From: a bacterium
GTDB taxonomy: Bacteria; Patescibacteriota; Saccharimonadia; Saccharimonadales; OMJO01
Direction of reading: 5' to 3'
DNA length: 45,057 nt
Assembly: GCA_900299395.1 (NCBI GenBank)
Contig: OMJO01000038.1
Location: 1 to 45,057 of the forward strand
In this document: piece after piece, positions 17,957 through 28,144 of the stretch
Layout of the letters: the number at the start of each line of letters is the position of its first letter
Position numbering within the stretch: the first letter of the stretch is position 1
The notes under the pieces: generated by a model
The model's input: only the letters and a program-made list of their open reading frames with translations
Told to the model about the DNA's origin: nothing
Database searches by the model: none
Program-made: the position numbers and the translations under genes

Positions 17957-19921
17957 TTAAAGTTTTTTCTGGATATCTTCTATGATGTCGCGAAGCTCGG
18001 CAGCTTTTTCAAATTCTAGGTTGGCCGCCGCCAGATCCATCTGTGAAGTTAAATCTTTGATGAGATGCCCGTACTCATCTTTTGGAATTTTCTTCAGATC
18101 AAGCTTAGCTTTTTTGGCTTCTTCAGGCAGATCGGGCCGTAAGCCCTTTTCAACATCTTTGGCAATTCCGATAGGCGTAATGTCGTGTTTTTTGTTATAC
18201 GCTTCTTGCATGGAACGGCGGCGGTTTGTCTCGTCAATCGTTCGCTTCATACTGCCTGTTACCCTATCGGCGTACATAATTACTCGTCCCTCAACATGTC
18301 GTGCTGCCCGCCCGACTGTCTGGATCAACGCTTGCTCACTGCGCAAGAAACCTTCTTTATCGGCATCTAGAATGGCAACCAGACTTACTTCCGGCAGGTC
18401 CAAGCCCTCTCGCAAGAGATTAATACCTACAACCACGTCATACGTGCCTAGTCGGAGATCACGCAGGATATCCGTTCTGTCGAGCGTATCGACATCACTG
18501 TGGAGATACGTCACTTTTATGTTCAGCTCCTGCAAATACTCGGTAAGATCTTCCGCCATTCGTTTAGTCAAAGTTGTCACCAACACTCTTTGACGTTTCT
18601 CAATTGTTGACCGTATCTCAGCAAGCAGGTCATCAACTTGACCATCGACTGGTCGCACCTCAATAACTGGGTCAAGCAGTCCAGTCGGGCGAATCACTTG
18701 CTGTGCAGGCTCAGGGCTGCGGCTCAACTCATACTCAGCCGGAGTAGCGCTGACGTAGACCACTTGATTGACATGTTTTTCAAACTCCGTGAACGTTAAG
18801 GGGCGGTTATCAAGCGCACTGGGCAGACGAAAGCCGTGCTCGACCAGCACTTCTTTGCGTGCCCTATCGCCGTTATACATACCGCGCACCTGTGGTATGG
18901 TCATGTGTGATTCATCAATTAGTAAGAGGTAGTCGTCTGGAAAGTAGTCAAGTAACGTTGCTGGTTGCTCCCCGGGTTCACGGTTAGTCAAATAGCGACT
19001 ATAGTTCTCGATGCCTTTTACAAACCCTGTTTCCTGCAGCATCTCCAGATCAAACCGCGTGCGCTGCTCGAGCCGCTGCGCCTCTAGTAATTTCCCATGT
19101 TTCTTAAAGAACGCGAGCCGCTCTGCCAGCTCACCTTCAATATGACCAAGTGCCTCTTTTAACTTATCCTGCGGTGTCACGTAGTGACTACTTGGGAACA
19201 CCTTGAGAGATTCCAGCTTCGACAGTATCTCTCCGGTTAACGGATCAATCTTGGTGATACGGTCAATGTCATCACCAAAAAAGTCCAACCGGTATGCCAC
19301 TTCCTCACCTGCCGGAAATACATCTACAACATCACCTCGAACTCTAAAGGTCCCCCTGTGAAAATCTATGTCGTTGCGTTGGTACTGAATATCTGTCAGT
19401 TGCCGCAGCAATTTATCACGAACTCGGCGCTCGCCCTTTTTTACTGATAACGCAAGGTTGTCGTAGTCTTCGACGGACCCTATACCGTAAATACAACTCA
19501 CACTGGCGACTATTACCACATCTCGTCGTGACAATAATGAGTCCGTCGCAGCGTGGCGCAGCCTATCAATTTCTTCGTTTATCTGGCTATCTTTCTCAAT
19601 GTAGGTATCGCTCCGTGGTATATATGCCTCCGGCTGATAGTAATCAAAGTAGCTGACGAAATAGTGAACGGCATTGTTGGGGAAAAATTGTTTAAATTCA
19701 CTATACAGCTGGGCAGCCAAGGTTTTATTGTGGCTAAGTACTAGGGTTGGCTTTTGCGTATTCTGAATCAGGTTAGCCATGGTAAAAGTCTTGCCCGAAC
19801 CGGTTACGCCCAGTAGAACTTGCTCTTTTAACCCTTTCTCAAGTCCGCTGGTCAATTGAGCAATAGCCGCTGGCTGATCGCCAGTGGGCTTATACTTACT
19901 CTGCAACTCAAACTGATCCAT
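17957..19921 (-). CDS. uvrB: Excinuclease ABC subunit B
   Basis: 654 aa with Walker [13 protein letters not shown], helicase motifs and a C-terminal UVR domain ([11 protein letters not shown]). Confidence 0.95.
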   Translation of the reverse strand: MDQFELQSKYKPTGDQPAAIAQLTSGLEKGLKEQVLLGVTGSGKTFTMANLIQNTQKPTLVLSHNKTLAAQLYSEFKQFFPNNAVHYFVSYFDYYQPEAYIPRSDTYIEKDSQINEEIDRLRHAATDSLLSRRDVVIVASVSCIYGIGSVEDYDNLALSVKKGERRVRDKLLRQLTDIQYQRNDIDFHRGTFRVRGDVVDVFPAGEEVAYRLDFFGDDIDRITKIDPLTGEILSKLESLKVFPSSHYVTPQDKLKEALGHIEGELAERLAFFKKHGKLLEAQRLEQRTRFDLEMLQETGFVKGIENYSRYLTNREPGEQPATLLDYFPDDYLLLIDESHMTIPQVRGMYNGDRARKEVLVEHGFRLPSALDNRPLTFTEFEKHVNQVVYVSATPAEYELSRSPEPAQQVIRPTGLLDPVIEVRPVDGQVDDLLAEIRSTIEKRQRVLVTTLTKRMAEDLTEYLQELNIKVTYLHSDVDTLDRTDILRDLRLGTYDVVVGINLLREGLDLPEVSLVAILDADKEGFLRSEQALIQTVGRAARHVEGRVIMYADRVTGSMKRTIDETNRRRSMQEAYNKKHDITPIGIAKDVEKGLRPDLPEEAKKAKLDLKKIPKDEYGHLIKDLTSQMDLAAANLEFEKAAELRDIIEDIQKKL

Positions 19922-19940
19922 CTGAATATTGTATCAGTAA

Positions 19941-20546
19941 TCAGCCGCTATGCTCTTTCCCGCCATTGAGATACCATTGCGTCTTCAGCGCATGTGTATC
20001 AATACCTTTGTAATCTTTATCAAGCATTGCGATGATTTTAGCTACTAAGCGCTCAGGGTCGTCGTCCATAACTATCATATTCTTGTTAACAGCCTCGAGC
20101 TTTTCCAAAAGCTCAGGTATTACATCTGCTGCGCCACCACTTCCAAGCAAAATCCCAATCGGCGTTTTAGATTCGAGCGCAATCGTAAACTCGTTTAAGG
20201 TACCGAAGCGTCCCCCAATATAGATAACCGCATCGCTCGATAGTATCAGGTGTACGTCACGGCCAATATAATGAGCACCGGTAAAGTTTATAAAGTCGAA
20301 CATCCCGATTGGCAAACGGTATTTTAGTACATGTTCTTTTAAGCTAGCTGCCGGTGAGAACCCAATGCTCGTACCACCAGCTTTCTTGGCTGCCAGGGCG
20401 GCATAATACGGTAGCCCGACCGTTGCACCGCTCACCGTAGTATGGCCAGCTTTTGCAATAGCTCGTCCAACGGCAATAGCTTTTTCTTTGTCCGGTTCGA
20501 CAGTCTTACCTGCTGCCGCACCTGAAACACATATTGCATAATTCAT
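19941..20546 (-). CDS. LOG/SLOG-superfamily Rossmann protein (TIGR00725-like)
   Basis: 201 aa with an N-terminal ICVSGAAAG and the GGRFGTLNEF motif (LOG-type GGxGTxxE). Confidence 0.65.
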   Translation of the reverse strand: MNYAICVSGAAAGKTVEPDKEKAIAVGRAIAKAGHTTVSGATVGLPYYAALAAKKAGGTSIGFSPAASLKEHVLKYRLPIGMFDFINFTGAHYIGRDVHLILSSDAVIYIGGRFGTLNEFTIALESKTPIGILLGSGGAADVIPELLEKLEAVNKNMIVMDDDPERLVAKIIAMLDKDYKGIDTHALKTQWYLNGGKEHSG

Positions 20547-21820
20547 CGCACAAGACTCCTCAAGGGCATTTCGGAATCAACGAGTTCTTGTTCTAGCTGT
20601 CGCAAGATGTGAGTCTCGAGCGTGGGCTGACTAATATATCTCCGGTGTAGCTCGTTCCAGAGACTACGCTGCAAATGATAACTTACCTGCTGCTCAAACG
20701 GTAATTGGTTAATAAAATTTGTAGCCACATCCATCAGATTAAAGCTAATCCTCCGGCCATCGAGCACCACACCCGCAAAATCCATACCCTGCCAAAACTG
20801 CAGCGCCGGTTCCATATGAAACAAGATATCTTCCGCGCTTCGCCACTCGAGGTCTTCTGGCTGCACATGTGGCTCAAACAGCTCTGGCTGCTCCAGACGT
20901 GACAGTTTTCCAAAGTGCTGCTGCACTACCCGCCAGTGGACTCCTTGACCTGCCACTTTCACATGGTTACCCGGATCGTGAAGAATGGTCTCTGAGATAA
21001 TAGCACCGAAGTTAGGCTTCACCTGCTGTAGCTTAAACAGTGCACTGTACAGACGAATTTCATTTATATAGTGCAATAACAGCGGCAAAACAGTGATAGT
21101 TATGCCGGGAAGACGACGCACTGGAAGTGGCAATACAATAATGGAGCCCATCTCCTTGCTGTGGGTAATATTATGGTGCTGGCTGCGTATAAAATCAGTT
21201 GCAGCTTGTTCCCACTTCTTGCCCTGCAGATTGATAACTTCTACGTTTCTCAATTCGAAATCACTCGGCTGCAGTCGATTGTACTGCTGCACAAACTGTC
21301 GTTGCCACTGTGGTGTTTCCAAAAAACGCATAGCCGCAAATACAACGTCTATGGGCTCGCGCTTTAAGAGTGAGTCAAGAGACCGGTAGCCCAGCGATTT
21401 CATAAGTCGACGAGGTGGATGCACCCGTAATAAACGCTTACCTACACTATGTTTTATAACCCAGACTTGTCGAGGAATTCGAACTCGTTGTGCTATGTGG
21501 ACAATGCGAGGCAACAGATCCTCTACATCACCAGCATCAGATCCACCAATAAGTCGAACGAGAAAATCGTCATGCAAACGCACCATATCTTGCAGTGCAT
21601 AATACAGTTCTCTGCCGTTAGTATCTCTTGGGTCAAGGCCGAGAGCACGCGTTTTACCGTGAACTTTAGTGACAATTTCAGCCGTCAACCGAACGTCAAC
21701 ACTCTGTAGCCAGCTAGCTCGTTCCAGATCTTGAATAGAACGCGCAAGCGTCGGCTCATGAACCCCTAACAACTCAGAAAGCATTCGCGACATAGTTACC
21801 ATAAGCATAGCATTTTCCAT
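20543..21820 (-). CDS. Hypothetical protein (425 aa orphan)
   Basis: Long uninterrupted ORF with no motif I recognise. Its stop overlaps the start of the LOG-like gene by 4 nt. Confidence 0.6.
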   Translation of the reverse strand: MENAMLMVTMSRMLSELLGVHEPTLARSIQDLERASWLQSVDVRLTAEIVTKVHGKTRALGLDPRDTNGRELYYALQDMVRLHDDFLVRLIGGSDAGDVEDLLPRIVHIAQRVRIPRQVWVIKHSVGKRLLRVHPPRRLMKSLGYRSLDSLLKREPIDVVFAAMRFLETPQWQRQFVQQYNRLQPSDFELRNVEVINLQGKKWEQAATDFIRSQHHNITHSKEMGSIIVLPLPVRRLPGITITVLPLLLHYINEIRLYSALFKLQQVKPNFGAIISETILHDPGNHVKVAGQGVHWRVVQQHFGKLSRLEQPELFEPHVQPEDLEWRSAEDILFHMEPALQFWQGMDFAGVVLDGRRISFNLMDVATNFINQLPFEQQVSYHLQRSLWNELHRRYISQPTLETHILRQLEQELVDSEMPLRSLVR

Positions 21821-21876
21821 GCGCTTTTATAAAGATTGTGCTTGAAAAATCGTATTTTTGCTATATATTTATATGA

Positions 21877-22566
21877 ATGTCAAGCTTGCCTGAGCTCCCT
21901 GCAGCTGAACTTCCCCCGCTAGAGCTTATCACCCCTGAAGAACACCGAGATGCCATTGGCGCCGCTGCCGAGTTGACCGCGCATGCGCTCAGTATTACTC
22001 GAGGTGTTGGCGGTGTGGCCTTGGCTCATGAAATTGAAACTACGCCGGATTATCTCAGTGGAAGCACCTTCACCAAGTTTGCCCTCTTAGCTGCAACAGA
22101 TGCCGAAGGGCACCTAGCCCGCTGGGGTCGTGCCCGGCAAGGCAAAGATGAAAGTATACGAAGACCTTTTAATGCCTGGGTCGATCAGATGACTGATAAG
22201 CTACTCATCGATGCGACAACCAACGCAATTGCTAATCGTGAAATATCAGAGGGTCACTTCGTATATGGTGGCGTCGTCAAGGCAACGGCAGCTATCTATA
22301 CTGCACGAGATGTCGCTACATCAGTTGACCGCGCCATTGCTGAGCGGCAAGATATCGACACACGTGCCCGTGGGAGTGGTAAGCTCAAAACTCTCGTACA
22401 AATAGCCGTTACCGGAGCTGCCCTAACCCCGATGGCAAAAACACGAACTGGTAGAGCTGTTCTAGGGGCCGGATTCGCCTACAGTGCCGGTATGTCACTA
22501 AAAAGCGGGCGTGACCTACATCGACATTTCAAAGAAGCCAGGGCAGCAAAAAAGGCTGCAGCCTAA
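21877..22566 (+). CDS. Hypothetical Ala-rich protein with weak CDP-alcohol phosphatidyltransferase-like motif
   Basis: The segment TDAEGHLAR...NAWVDQMTDKL loosely mirrors DGxxAR(x8)GxxxDxxxD, with E for D, N for G and an 8-aa insert. The protein has only weakly hydrophobic segments. Confidence 0.4.
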   Translation: MSSLPELPAAELPPLELITPEEHRDAIGAAAELTAHALSITRGVGGVALAHEIETTPDYLSGSTFTKFALLAATDAEGHLARWGRARQGKDESIRRPFNAWVDQMTDKLLIDATTNAIANREISEGHFVYGGVVKATAAIYTARDVATSVDRAIAERQDIDTRARGSGKLKTLVQIAVTGAALTPMAKTRTGRAVLGAGFAYSAGMSLKSGRDLHRHFKEARAAKKAAA

Positions 22567-23570
22567 AACGGCTCGGGCTTGTACCATTCGGGGGCTTTTT
22601 GTAATAATTCCCCGATCTCATCCTGTGATAATAATCCCGCTTGTGCACCAACTTTCTGCACCACACTCATTGAATTAATGGGCGCCCACTGCAGCGCACC
22701 TTCTAAATTGCTACCCTTTATGAGCGCCGCAACAAATGCTGAAGAAAATGCATCGCCGGCACCAGTACGCTCAAATGGTGGCGCAGGATCGGGGTAAGGT
22801 GGCATCTTGAAGCGTGATTGCCCGTCACTCGCGTAGGCCCCTTGCGGGCCATCAGTAATAACAACTACCTTGGGCCCTAGGGCATGCAGCTTATCCAATA
22901 GCTCGTGGAGATTTTCATGATCTCCTCCTGTTATTTCAGTCGCTTCTTCGCGATTCACGAGTAAAACTTTAGTGACCGCATATAATCGCTTCAAACGATG
23001 AGCGCCTGCGTCAATTTGGAATGTCCCTGGCTGGAATGCCAAATTAACCTCCGGATGATCTTCCAGCCACTCAGCCATATCATCGTGCATGTCGAGGGCA
23101 TTCTTACTGATAGAGCTGAAGTAAATCCACTTTGGTATTTCCTTCGGCTTTAAGTGGGGCCAGTGGTAATCATACTCTTCATGTTTGATCAAAATGGTAC
23201 GCTCTTCCTTGTACCAAAGCACATAGTGATAATTACTATTTTTATCAGGATTAATGTGCACATACCGACTGTCAACTTTTTTCTTATGCAGTGAGGCAAT
23301 CATGTCACGTCCATGCTGATCACCCCCAACATTAGCGGCTAAGGCGCTCTTAAGCCCTAGTTTCGCAAAACTGACAGCAGCGTTTGGTGCATTACCTACC
23401 GCCTCAACTATTTCGGCGTGATCAAATGGAATTTTCATCCCGAATGGCATCGCTAGCCATTTATTGCCATCATCTTCGTAAGCAACTGCTTGGTCATCAA
23501 GTAGTTTTATGAATGCATCAGTCACGATATCCCCCACACTCAACACGTCTATGTGTTCTGGTTCGCTCAT
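22563..23570 (-). CDS. PfkB-family carbohydrate kinase
   Basis: 335 aa with an N-terminal VGDIVTD and a C-terminal TGAGDAFSSAF motif. Confidence 0.8.
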   Translation of the reverse strand: MSEPEHIDVLSVGDIVTDAFIKLLDDQAVAYEDDGNKWLAMPFGMKIPFDHAEIVEAVGNAPNAAVSFAKLGLKSALAANVGGDQHGRDMIASLHKKKVDSRYVHINPDKNSNYHYVLWYKEERTILIKHEEYDYHWPHLKPKEIPKWIYFSSISKNALDMHDDMAEWLEDHPEVNLAFQPGTFQIDAGAHRLKRLYAVTKVLLVNREEATEITGGDHENLHELLDKLHALGPKVVVITDGPQGAYASDGQSRFKMPPYPDPAPPFERTGAGDAFSSAFVAALIKGSNLEGALQWAPINSMSVVQKVGAQAGLLSQDEIGELLQKAPEWYKPEPF

Positions 23571-23634
23571 GCCACCCTTTCTATATTCATACTGCTTCTG
23601 CTTATTGTGTCATACCCGTCACGTTCTCCGCAAG

Positions 23635-24549
23635 TTATCGTGAGACAGCCTTACCACTTGCGTTGAACAAATCAATCTTCTCTTCTACTACCGCCTGCAC
23701 AGCCTCAACAACGCTATCCATCAACTTAACTACCGCGTATTCAGTTGGGTGCTCCTTGAGCTCACGTTCAAGCGTTTTGCGAAATGCCACCCGCATATCT
23801 GAGTTTATATTGATTTTGCTAACACCGATTTTAACCGCCTCAACAAAGTAGTGCCCAGGAGTACCGCTACCACCATGCAGACTGATATTACAATCGACAG
23901 CGGCTCGTATACGACGCAAAAGTTCTAAGTCAAGCATCTTTGGTACTGGGTATTGACCGTGCAGGTTCCCGATTGCCGCGGCATACGTATCAATACCTGT
24001 CGCTGTGACGAACTGCTTGGCACCTTCTGGCGTACTGAACGTTTTCTTGATTTCGTCGTAGTCTATGGTTTCAGTATGCAAATTTGAACTGCCGCCAAAA
24101 TAGTGAGGCTCACTTTCGACGATTGCCCCCGTTAACCGTGCATACGCTACTACTTGCTTCGTTTTTTCAATTATTTGCGCCTCGGTTGCATTATGATCAG
24201 CTTGCGATACATCAATGTGTATGAATTCGTACCCCGCTTCTATGCCCTCAATTGCCGCTTCAACTGATGGGGAGTGGTCGAGATTAATATACATCTCAAC
24301 GGCGTATTCGTCTTTATAGTTATCGACCATGTCACGTACATTTTCTAGGCCTAAAGCTTCAACCTCACCATGACTAACCTCAACCAACACGGGAGCTTTT
24401 TTCTTTGCGGCAGCACGCGCGACAGCCTTTAGTGTTTCTTGATTATCCAGATTAAAGGCACCAAGCGCGAAATGCTCTGCCCGCGCTCGAGCCATCGCTG
24501 CCCGCGCGTTTTCGCAGTTTTCTCTCATCTGTCGTAGCGTTAATGACAT
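23635..24549 (-). CDS. fba: Class II fructose/ketose-bisphosphate aldolase
   Basis: 304 aa with ALGAFN, the HLDH-type metal site (NLDHS) and LHGGSG. Confidence 0.85.
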   Translation of the reverse strand: MSLTLRQMRENCENARAAMARARAEHFALGAFNLDNQETLKAVARAAAKKKAPVLVEVSHGEVEALGLENVRDMVDNYKDEYAVEMYINLDHSPSVEAAIEGIEAGYEFIHIDVSQADHNATEAQIIEKTKQVVAYARLTGAIVESEPHYFGGSSNLHTETIDYDEIKKTFSTPEGAKQFVTATGIDTYAAAIGNLHGQYPVPKMLDLELLRRIRAAVDCNISLHGGSGTPGHYFVEAVKIGVSKININSDMRVAFRKTLERELKEHPTEYAVVKLMDSVVEAVQAVVEEKIDLFNASGKAVSR

Positions 24550-24617
24550 GGGTGAATTTACCTATAACGTTGCTTATGCTTCCCAGCATAGCATATAATG
24601 AGTGGTAGTTTATTATC

Positions 24618-25235
24618 ATGAAAAATCAAAATACTATTACTTCATTTTTCTCGTGGCTTCTTCCCACCGCTACTGAGTTAGTTGCTGTGACGGGATTCGT
24701 AATTGCCACACTTATGATCAGTAATATTTCGTTTTTTAGTGACTTTATATTCTTACCGAGGGATTTTCACATCAAGAACCAAATACTTGATTCAATCAAC
24801 AACCTCCTCGTGCAAGTTGTTGGTGTCAATGTTGCTCGGTCGGCTGTCGTCGCTATCTTTTGGGCTTTTGTTGGGTTACTCGTATATGCCGTAATCTGGG
24901 TAATCCTGAACTTCTCTGATGAGCTAGGGAACGACTTGGCCATCACCAAGTACGTACACCCGCGTAATGTCGACACACAGTCTCCCCTACGCAATTTCTT
25001 GTCTCGCATTAGCTTCCAAGGTGGAATGCTATTTGTACTTATCTTTTACGCCAACATGGTTGTGAGCGTTTTATTGCCCTACTGTGCCGGCCTCTTTCGC
25101 ACCACCATCCGCGACTGGCCAACGTTGCAAGGTTTTCAGTATGCAATACTTGGTTTTGTAACTGAAATACTCGTTCTGCATTTTCTCGTAATACTCATCA
25201 GAGCGTTTTTATTGCGCAAACGAGTGTTCTACTAA
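24618..25235 (+). CDS. Hypothetical polytopic membrane protein
   Basis: 205 aa with 4-5 hydrophobic segments. No family recognised. Confidence 0.55.
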   Translation: MKNQNTITSFFSWLLPTATELVAVTGFVIATLMISNISFFSDFIFLPRDFHIKNQILDSINNLLVQVVGVNVARSAVVAIFWAFVGLLVYAVIWVILNFSDELGNDLAITKYVHPRNVDTQSPLRNFLSRISFQGGMLFVLIFYANMVVSVLLPYCAGLFRTTIRDWPTLQGFQYAILGFVTEILVLHFLVILIRAFLLRKRVFY

Positions 25236-25238
25236 CCC

Positions 25239-26222
25239 TTACTGTTCTTTCAGCATAGTGTAGGCGGCCATAGCTATGTGTTTAGCAGTCAAGCCAAACT
25301 TATGGAGCAGCTCTTTCGGGGTGCCTGATTCGCCAAACGTATCTCTTACCCCAATACGGTGCAGTGGCACGGGAAATTGTTCCGAGAGAAGTTCTGCAAC
25401 GGCTCCGCCAAGCCCGCCAGTGATCTGTGCTTCTTCTACGGTAATCACGTGCTTTGTTTTGTGCACACTCTTGAGCAGTGTTACTGCATCTAGCGGCTTG
25501 ATTGTTCCCATATGAATTACCTCTGCGTCAATACCATCACGAAAGAGTGTTTCGGCAGCTGCGAGCGCGTGATATGTCATGGTCCCTGTGCTAACGATCG
25601 TAATATCCTGACCTTGCGCAAATACTGAGGCCTTACCAATTGCAAAAGGAGTGTGTTCGGTGGTGATGATTGGTGTTGCCTCACGAGCAAGGCGGAGATA
25701 ATTAGGTCGCGGATCAGTTGCCATTGCAAGCGTCATCTTTTCTGCTTCTACACTGTCACACGGCGCGAGGACCACCATGTTAGGTAGCGCACGCATTATG
25801 GCGATGTCTTCCAGCATCTGGTGAGTCGCTCCGTCCGGTCCAACAGAAACACCAGCATGTGAGCCAACAATCTTTACTGCACGATCGTTCAAACAAATGG
25901 TTGTGCGAATCTGCTCCCAGTTACGACCAGGGCTAAATGCAGCATAGCTACTGACGAACGGTGTTTTGCCCATAGCCGCCAATCCAGCTCCGACCGTTAC
26001 CAGATTTTGCTCAGCCACACCAATCTCTACGAAACGATCTGGAAACTCTTTGGCAAACTGATCCATTGCTGTTGATGTAGTCAGATCTGCACAAGCTGCC
26101 ACCACCTGTTCGTGAACCTGCCCTGCCTTTAAGAGACCCCTACCAAAACCTTTTCGGATCGGCTCTTCTTCCAGTTTTGGGGACAAAATATCATCCACGA
26201 GATGTTGATCACTCATGCTCAC
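25239..26222 (-). CDS. Transketolase, C-terminal (pyrimidine-binding) subunit
   Basis: 327 aa with FVEIGVAEQNLVTVGAGLA. Its start overlaps the upstream N-terminal subunit gene by 14 nt. Confidence 0.9.
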   Translation of the reverse strand: MSMSDQHLVDDILSPKLEEEPIRKGFGRGLLKAGQVHEQVVAACADLTTSTAMDQFAKEFPDRFVEIGVAEQNLVTVGAGLAAMGKTPFVSSYAAFSPGRNWEQIRTTICLNDRAVKIVGSHAGVSVGPDGATHQMLEDIAIMRALPNMVVLAPCDSVEAEKMTLAMATDPRPNYLRLAREATPIITTEHTPFAIGKASVFAQGQDITIVSTGTMTYHALAAAETLFRDGIDAEVIHMGTIKPLDAVTLLKSVHKTKHVITVEEAQITGGLGGAVAELLSEQFPVPLHRIGVRDTFGESGTPKELLHKFGLTAKHIAMAAYTMLKEQ

Positions 26223-27066
26223 CTCGTATCTTTCCTTGCAATGTTCTTAGCTCATGAAGCGCCTTCTTGGCTTGCTCGTGGTTTGGTGGCGCACCGTGCC
26301 AGTGAAAATCATATTCCATGAAATCTACACCCTTACCAGGAACGGTGTGGGCAATAATCATGGCAGGCTTCTCGACAACCGCTCGCCCCATAGCACAGGC
26401 ATCAATGAATGCTTCGATGTTATTGCCATCTATTTCTATAACATGCCACCCGAAGCCTTCCCACTTAGCTCGCAGGTCCTCAAGCGGCATTACCACTTCT
26501 GTTGGCCCATCAATTTGAATATTATTGCGGTCAATAATGCCAATAATGTTATTGAGTTTGTACTTGGCGGCCAGCATTGCTGCTTCCCACACATTGCCCT
26601 CGTCAAGCTCTCCATCACCCATCACGACATATACCCAACGATGCAGGTCCTTGTCCATTCGCATGGCGAGTGCCATACCACATGCTTGACTCAAACCACA
26701 ACCTAAAGGCCCACTTGTTGTTTCCAGCCCCGGCAAGCGAACACGTTCAGGATGCCCTTGCAATCTGGAGCCGAGCTTACGAAGAGTTAGGAGCTCCTTC
26801 ACGTCAAAATAACCTGCATGCGCCATCGCTGCATACCGCACCGGAACACAGTGGCCATTACTAAGCAATAAAATGTCACGCTGATCCCAATCGGGCTTTT
26901 TGGGGTCATGTTTCAGAACATCAAAATAAAGAGCCGTAAATATATCTGCCAAGCCAAGCGGACCAGCACTATGGCCGCTACCAGCATGTTCCAGCATTTT
27001 AATAATATCCTGGCGGATCTGATTGGCTTTTTTCTCTAATTGCTCTGTCGACATTCCGTGTTTCAT
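26209..27066 (-). CDS. Transketolase, N-terminal (TPP-binding) subunit
   Basis: 285 aa with GHSAGPLG and the GDGELDEGNVWEA TPP motif. Confidence 0.9.
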   Translation of the reverse strand: MKHGMSTEQLEKKANQIRQDIIKMLEHAGSGHSAGPLGLADIFTALYFDVLKHDPKKPDWDQRDILLLSNGHCVPVRYAAMAHAGYFDVKELLTLRKLGSRLQGHPERVRLPGLETTSGPLGCGLSQACGMALAMRMDKDLHRWVYVVMGDGELDEGNVWEAAMLAAKYKLNNIIGIIDRNNIQIDGPTEVVMPLEDLRAKWEGFGWHVIEIDGNNIEAFIDACAMGRAVVEKPAMIIAHTVPGKGVDFMEYDFHWHGAPPNHEQAKKALHELRTLQGKIRGEHE

Positions 27067-27701
27067 GTCTGTTTTCCCGCTAATGCTTCCAGTGTAGCAT
27101 AGGCTGTGGCTGGCTGCTCGGCGTGCTGGATATATCCACCTACATTGAGTACATCAACACCGCTACTCACAAGTGCCCTGACGTTGTCCGCATTAATACC
27201 ACCATCCCATCCAATCTCTAGGCTTTTCTTGAGTCGCTTCAGTTGCTTTACCTTGTCCAATAGCTTCAAATCTGCGATACCACCGTAAAGCCCGAGATCT
27301 CCGGAAAAAACAAGAACATGGTCAACGTGTTTAATGTACGGTTTTAGCTCACTAACTGGAGTATCTGCCAAGAGTGCAACGCCGAGTTTAATACCAGCGT
27401 CACGCAACACCTTAGCCATACCCTCAATGTGACCTTCTGCTTCGGCATGAACAATAGCCAGATGGGGCTTAAGATGTATAATTTTTTGGAGATACGCTTG
27501 CGGATGAGTGTACATAATGTGCAAGTCTGCCAGGACATGCTCTGGCCACCAGGCACTTTCAATGGGCGGCGATTCCGTTGGTGCGAATTGTCCATCCATA
27601 AAATCAAGATGAACCCGGCGTGCAAACTTCTCAACTCGCTCCATCTGCTCACGATATTCATGCGGGTCAGTGGCAGTAACCGAAGGGCAGATCGCCGCCA
27701 T
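27063..27701 (-). CDS. rpe: Ribulose-phosphate 3-epimerase (divergent)
   Basis: 212 aa. ICPSVTATD...VHLDFMDGQFAP parallels the Rpe pattern IAPSILSAD...IHxDVMDGHFVP. Operon position lies between rpiB and tkt. Confidence 0.7.
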   Translation of the reverse strand: MAAICPSVTATDPHEYREQMERVEKFARRVHLDFMDGQFAPTESPPIESAWWPEHVLADLHIMYTHPQAYLQKIIHLKPHLAIVHAEAEGHIEGMAKVLRDAGIKLGVALLADTPVSELKPYIKHVDHVLVFSGDLGLYGGIADLKLLDKVKQLKRLKKSLEIGWDGGINADNVRALVSSGVDVLNVGGYIQHAEQPATAYATLEALAGKQT

Positions 27702-28144
27702 TATTGAAACTCGTCTATTTCTTTAAGCCGCCGAACAAATCGAGGAGCAGCTTCAAAGGGCGTGTCCAGCCACATGTCGACAATCGTATATGCCTCGTCT
27801 TGCTCCAGTACTCTTGCAGGCAAACACAGCACATTACTATTGTCATCATTGCGAGCTGCTCGTGCCGCTTCACGATCGTAGCCGATCGCCGCACGAATAC
27901 CCTTAAATCTATTGGCGGCCATACACATGCCTTGCGCACTACCGCAAACAAGTATTCCGCGGGCATTGTCACCAGCACTCAGTACATCCGCAACCACCTT
28001 CTGGGTAAATATAGGGAAATCGTCGTTGGGATCCAATTTTTTATCACCGTCATCCATTACATCATGACCGGCACGTTTTAAATAACCTATTAAGGCTTCA
28101 CGCAAATGATACCCATTATGGTCAGCACCAATGAATATTTTCAT
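27701..28144 (-). CDS. rpiB: Ribose-5-phosphate isomerase B
   Basis: 147 aa with MKIFIGADHNGYHLREAL and GILVCGSAQGMCMAANRFKGIRAA. Confidence 0.9.
   Translation of the reverse strand: MKIFIGADHNGYHLREALIGYLKRAGHDVMDDGDKKLDPNDDFPIFTQKVVADVLSAGDNARGILVCGSAQGMCMAANRFKGIRAAIGYDREAARAARNDDNSNVLCLPARVLEQDEAYTIVDMWLDTPFEAAPRFVRRLKEIDEFQ

Noticed and set aside
17982-18593. 203-aa plus-strand ORF inside uvrB.
   Set aside because: It is antisense to uvrB and encodes a Ser/Arg-rich low-complexity product with no start context.
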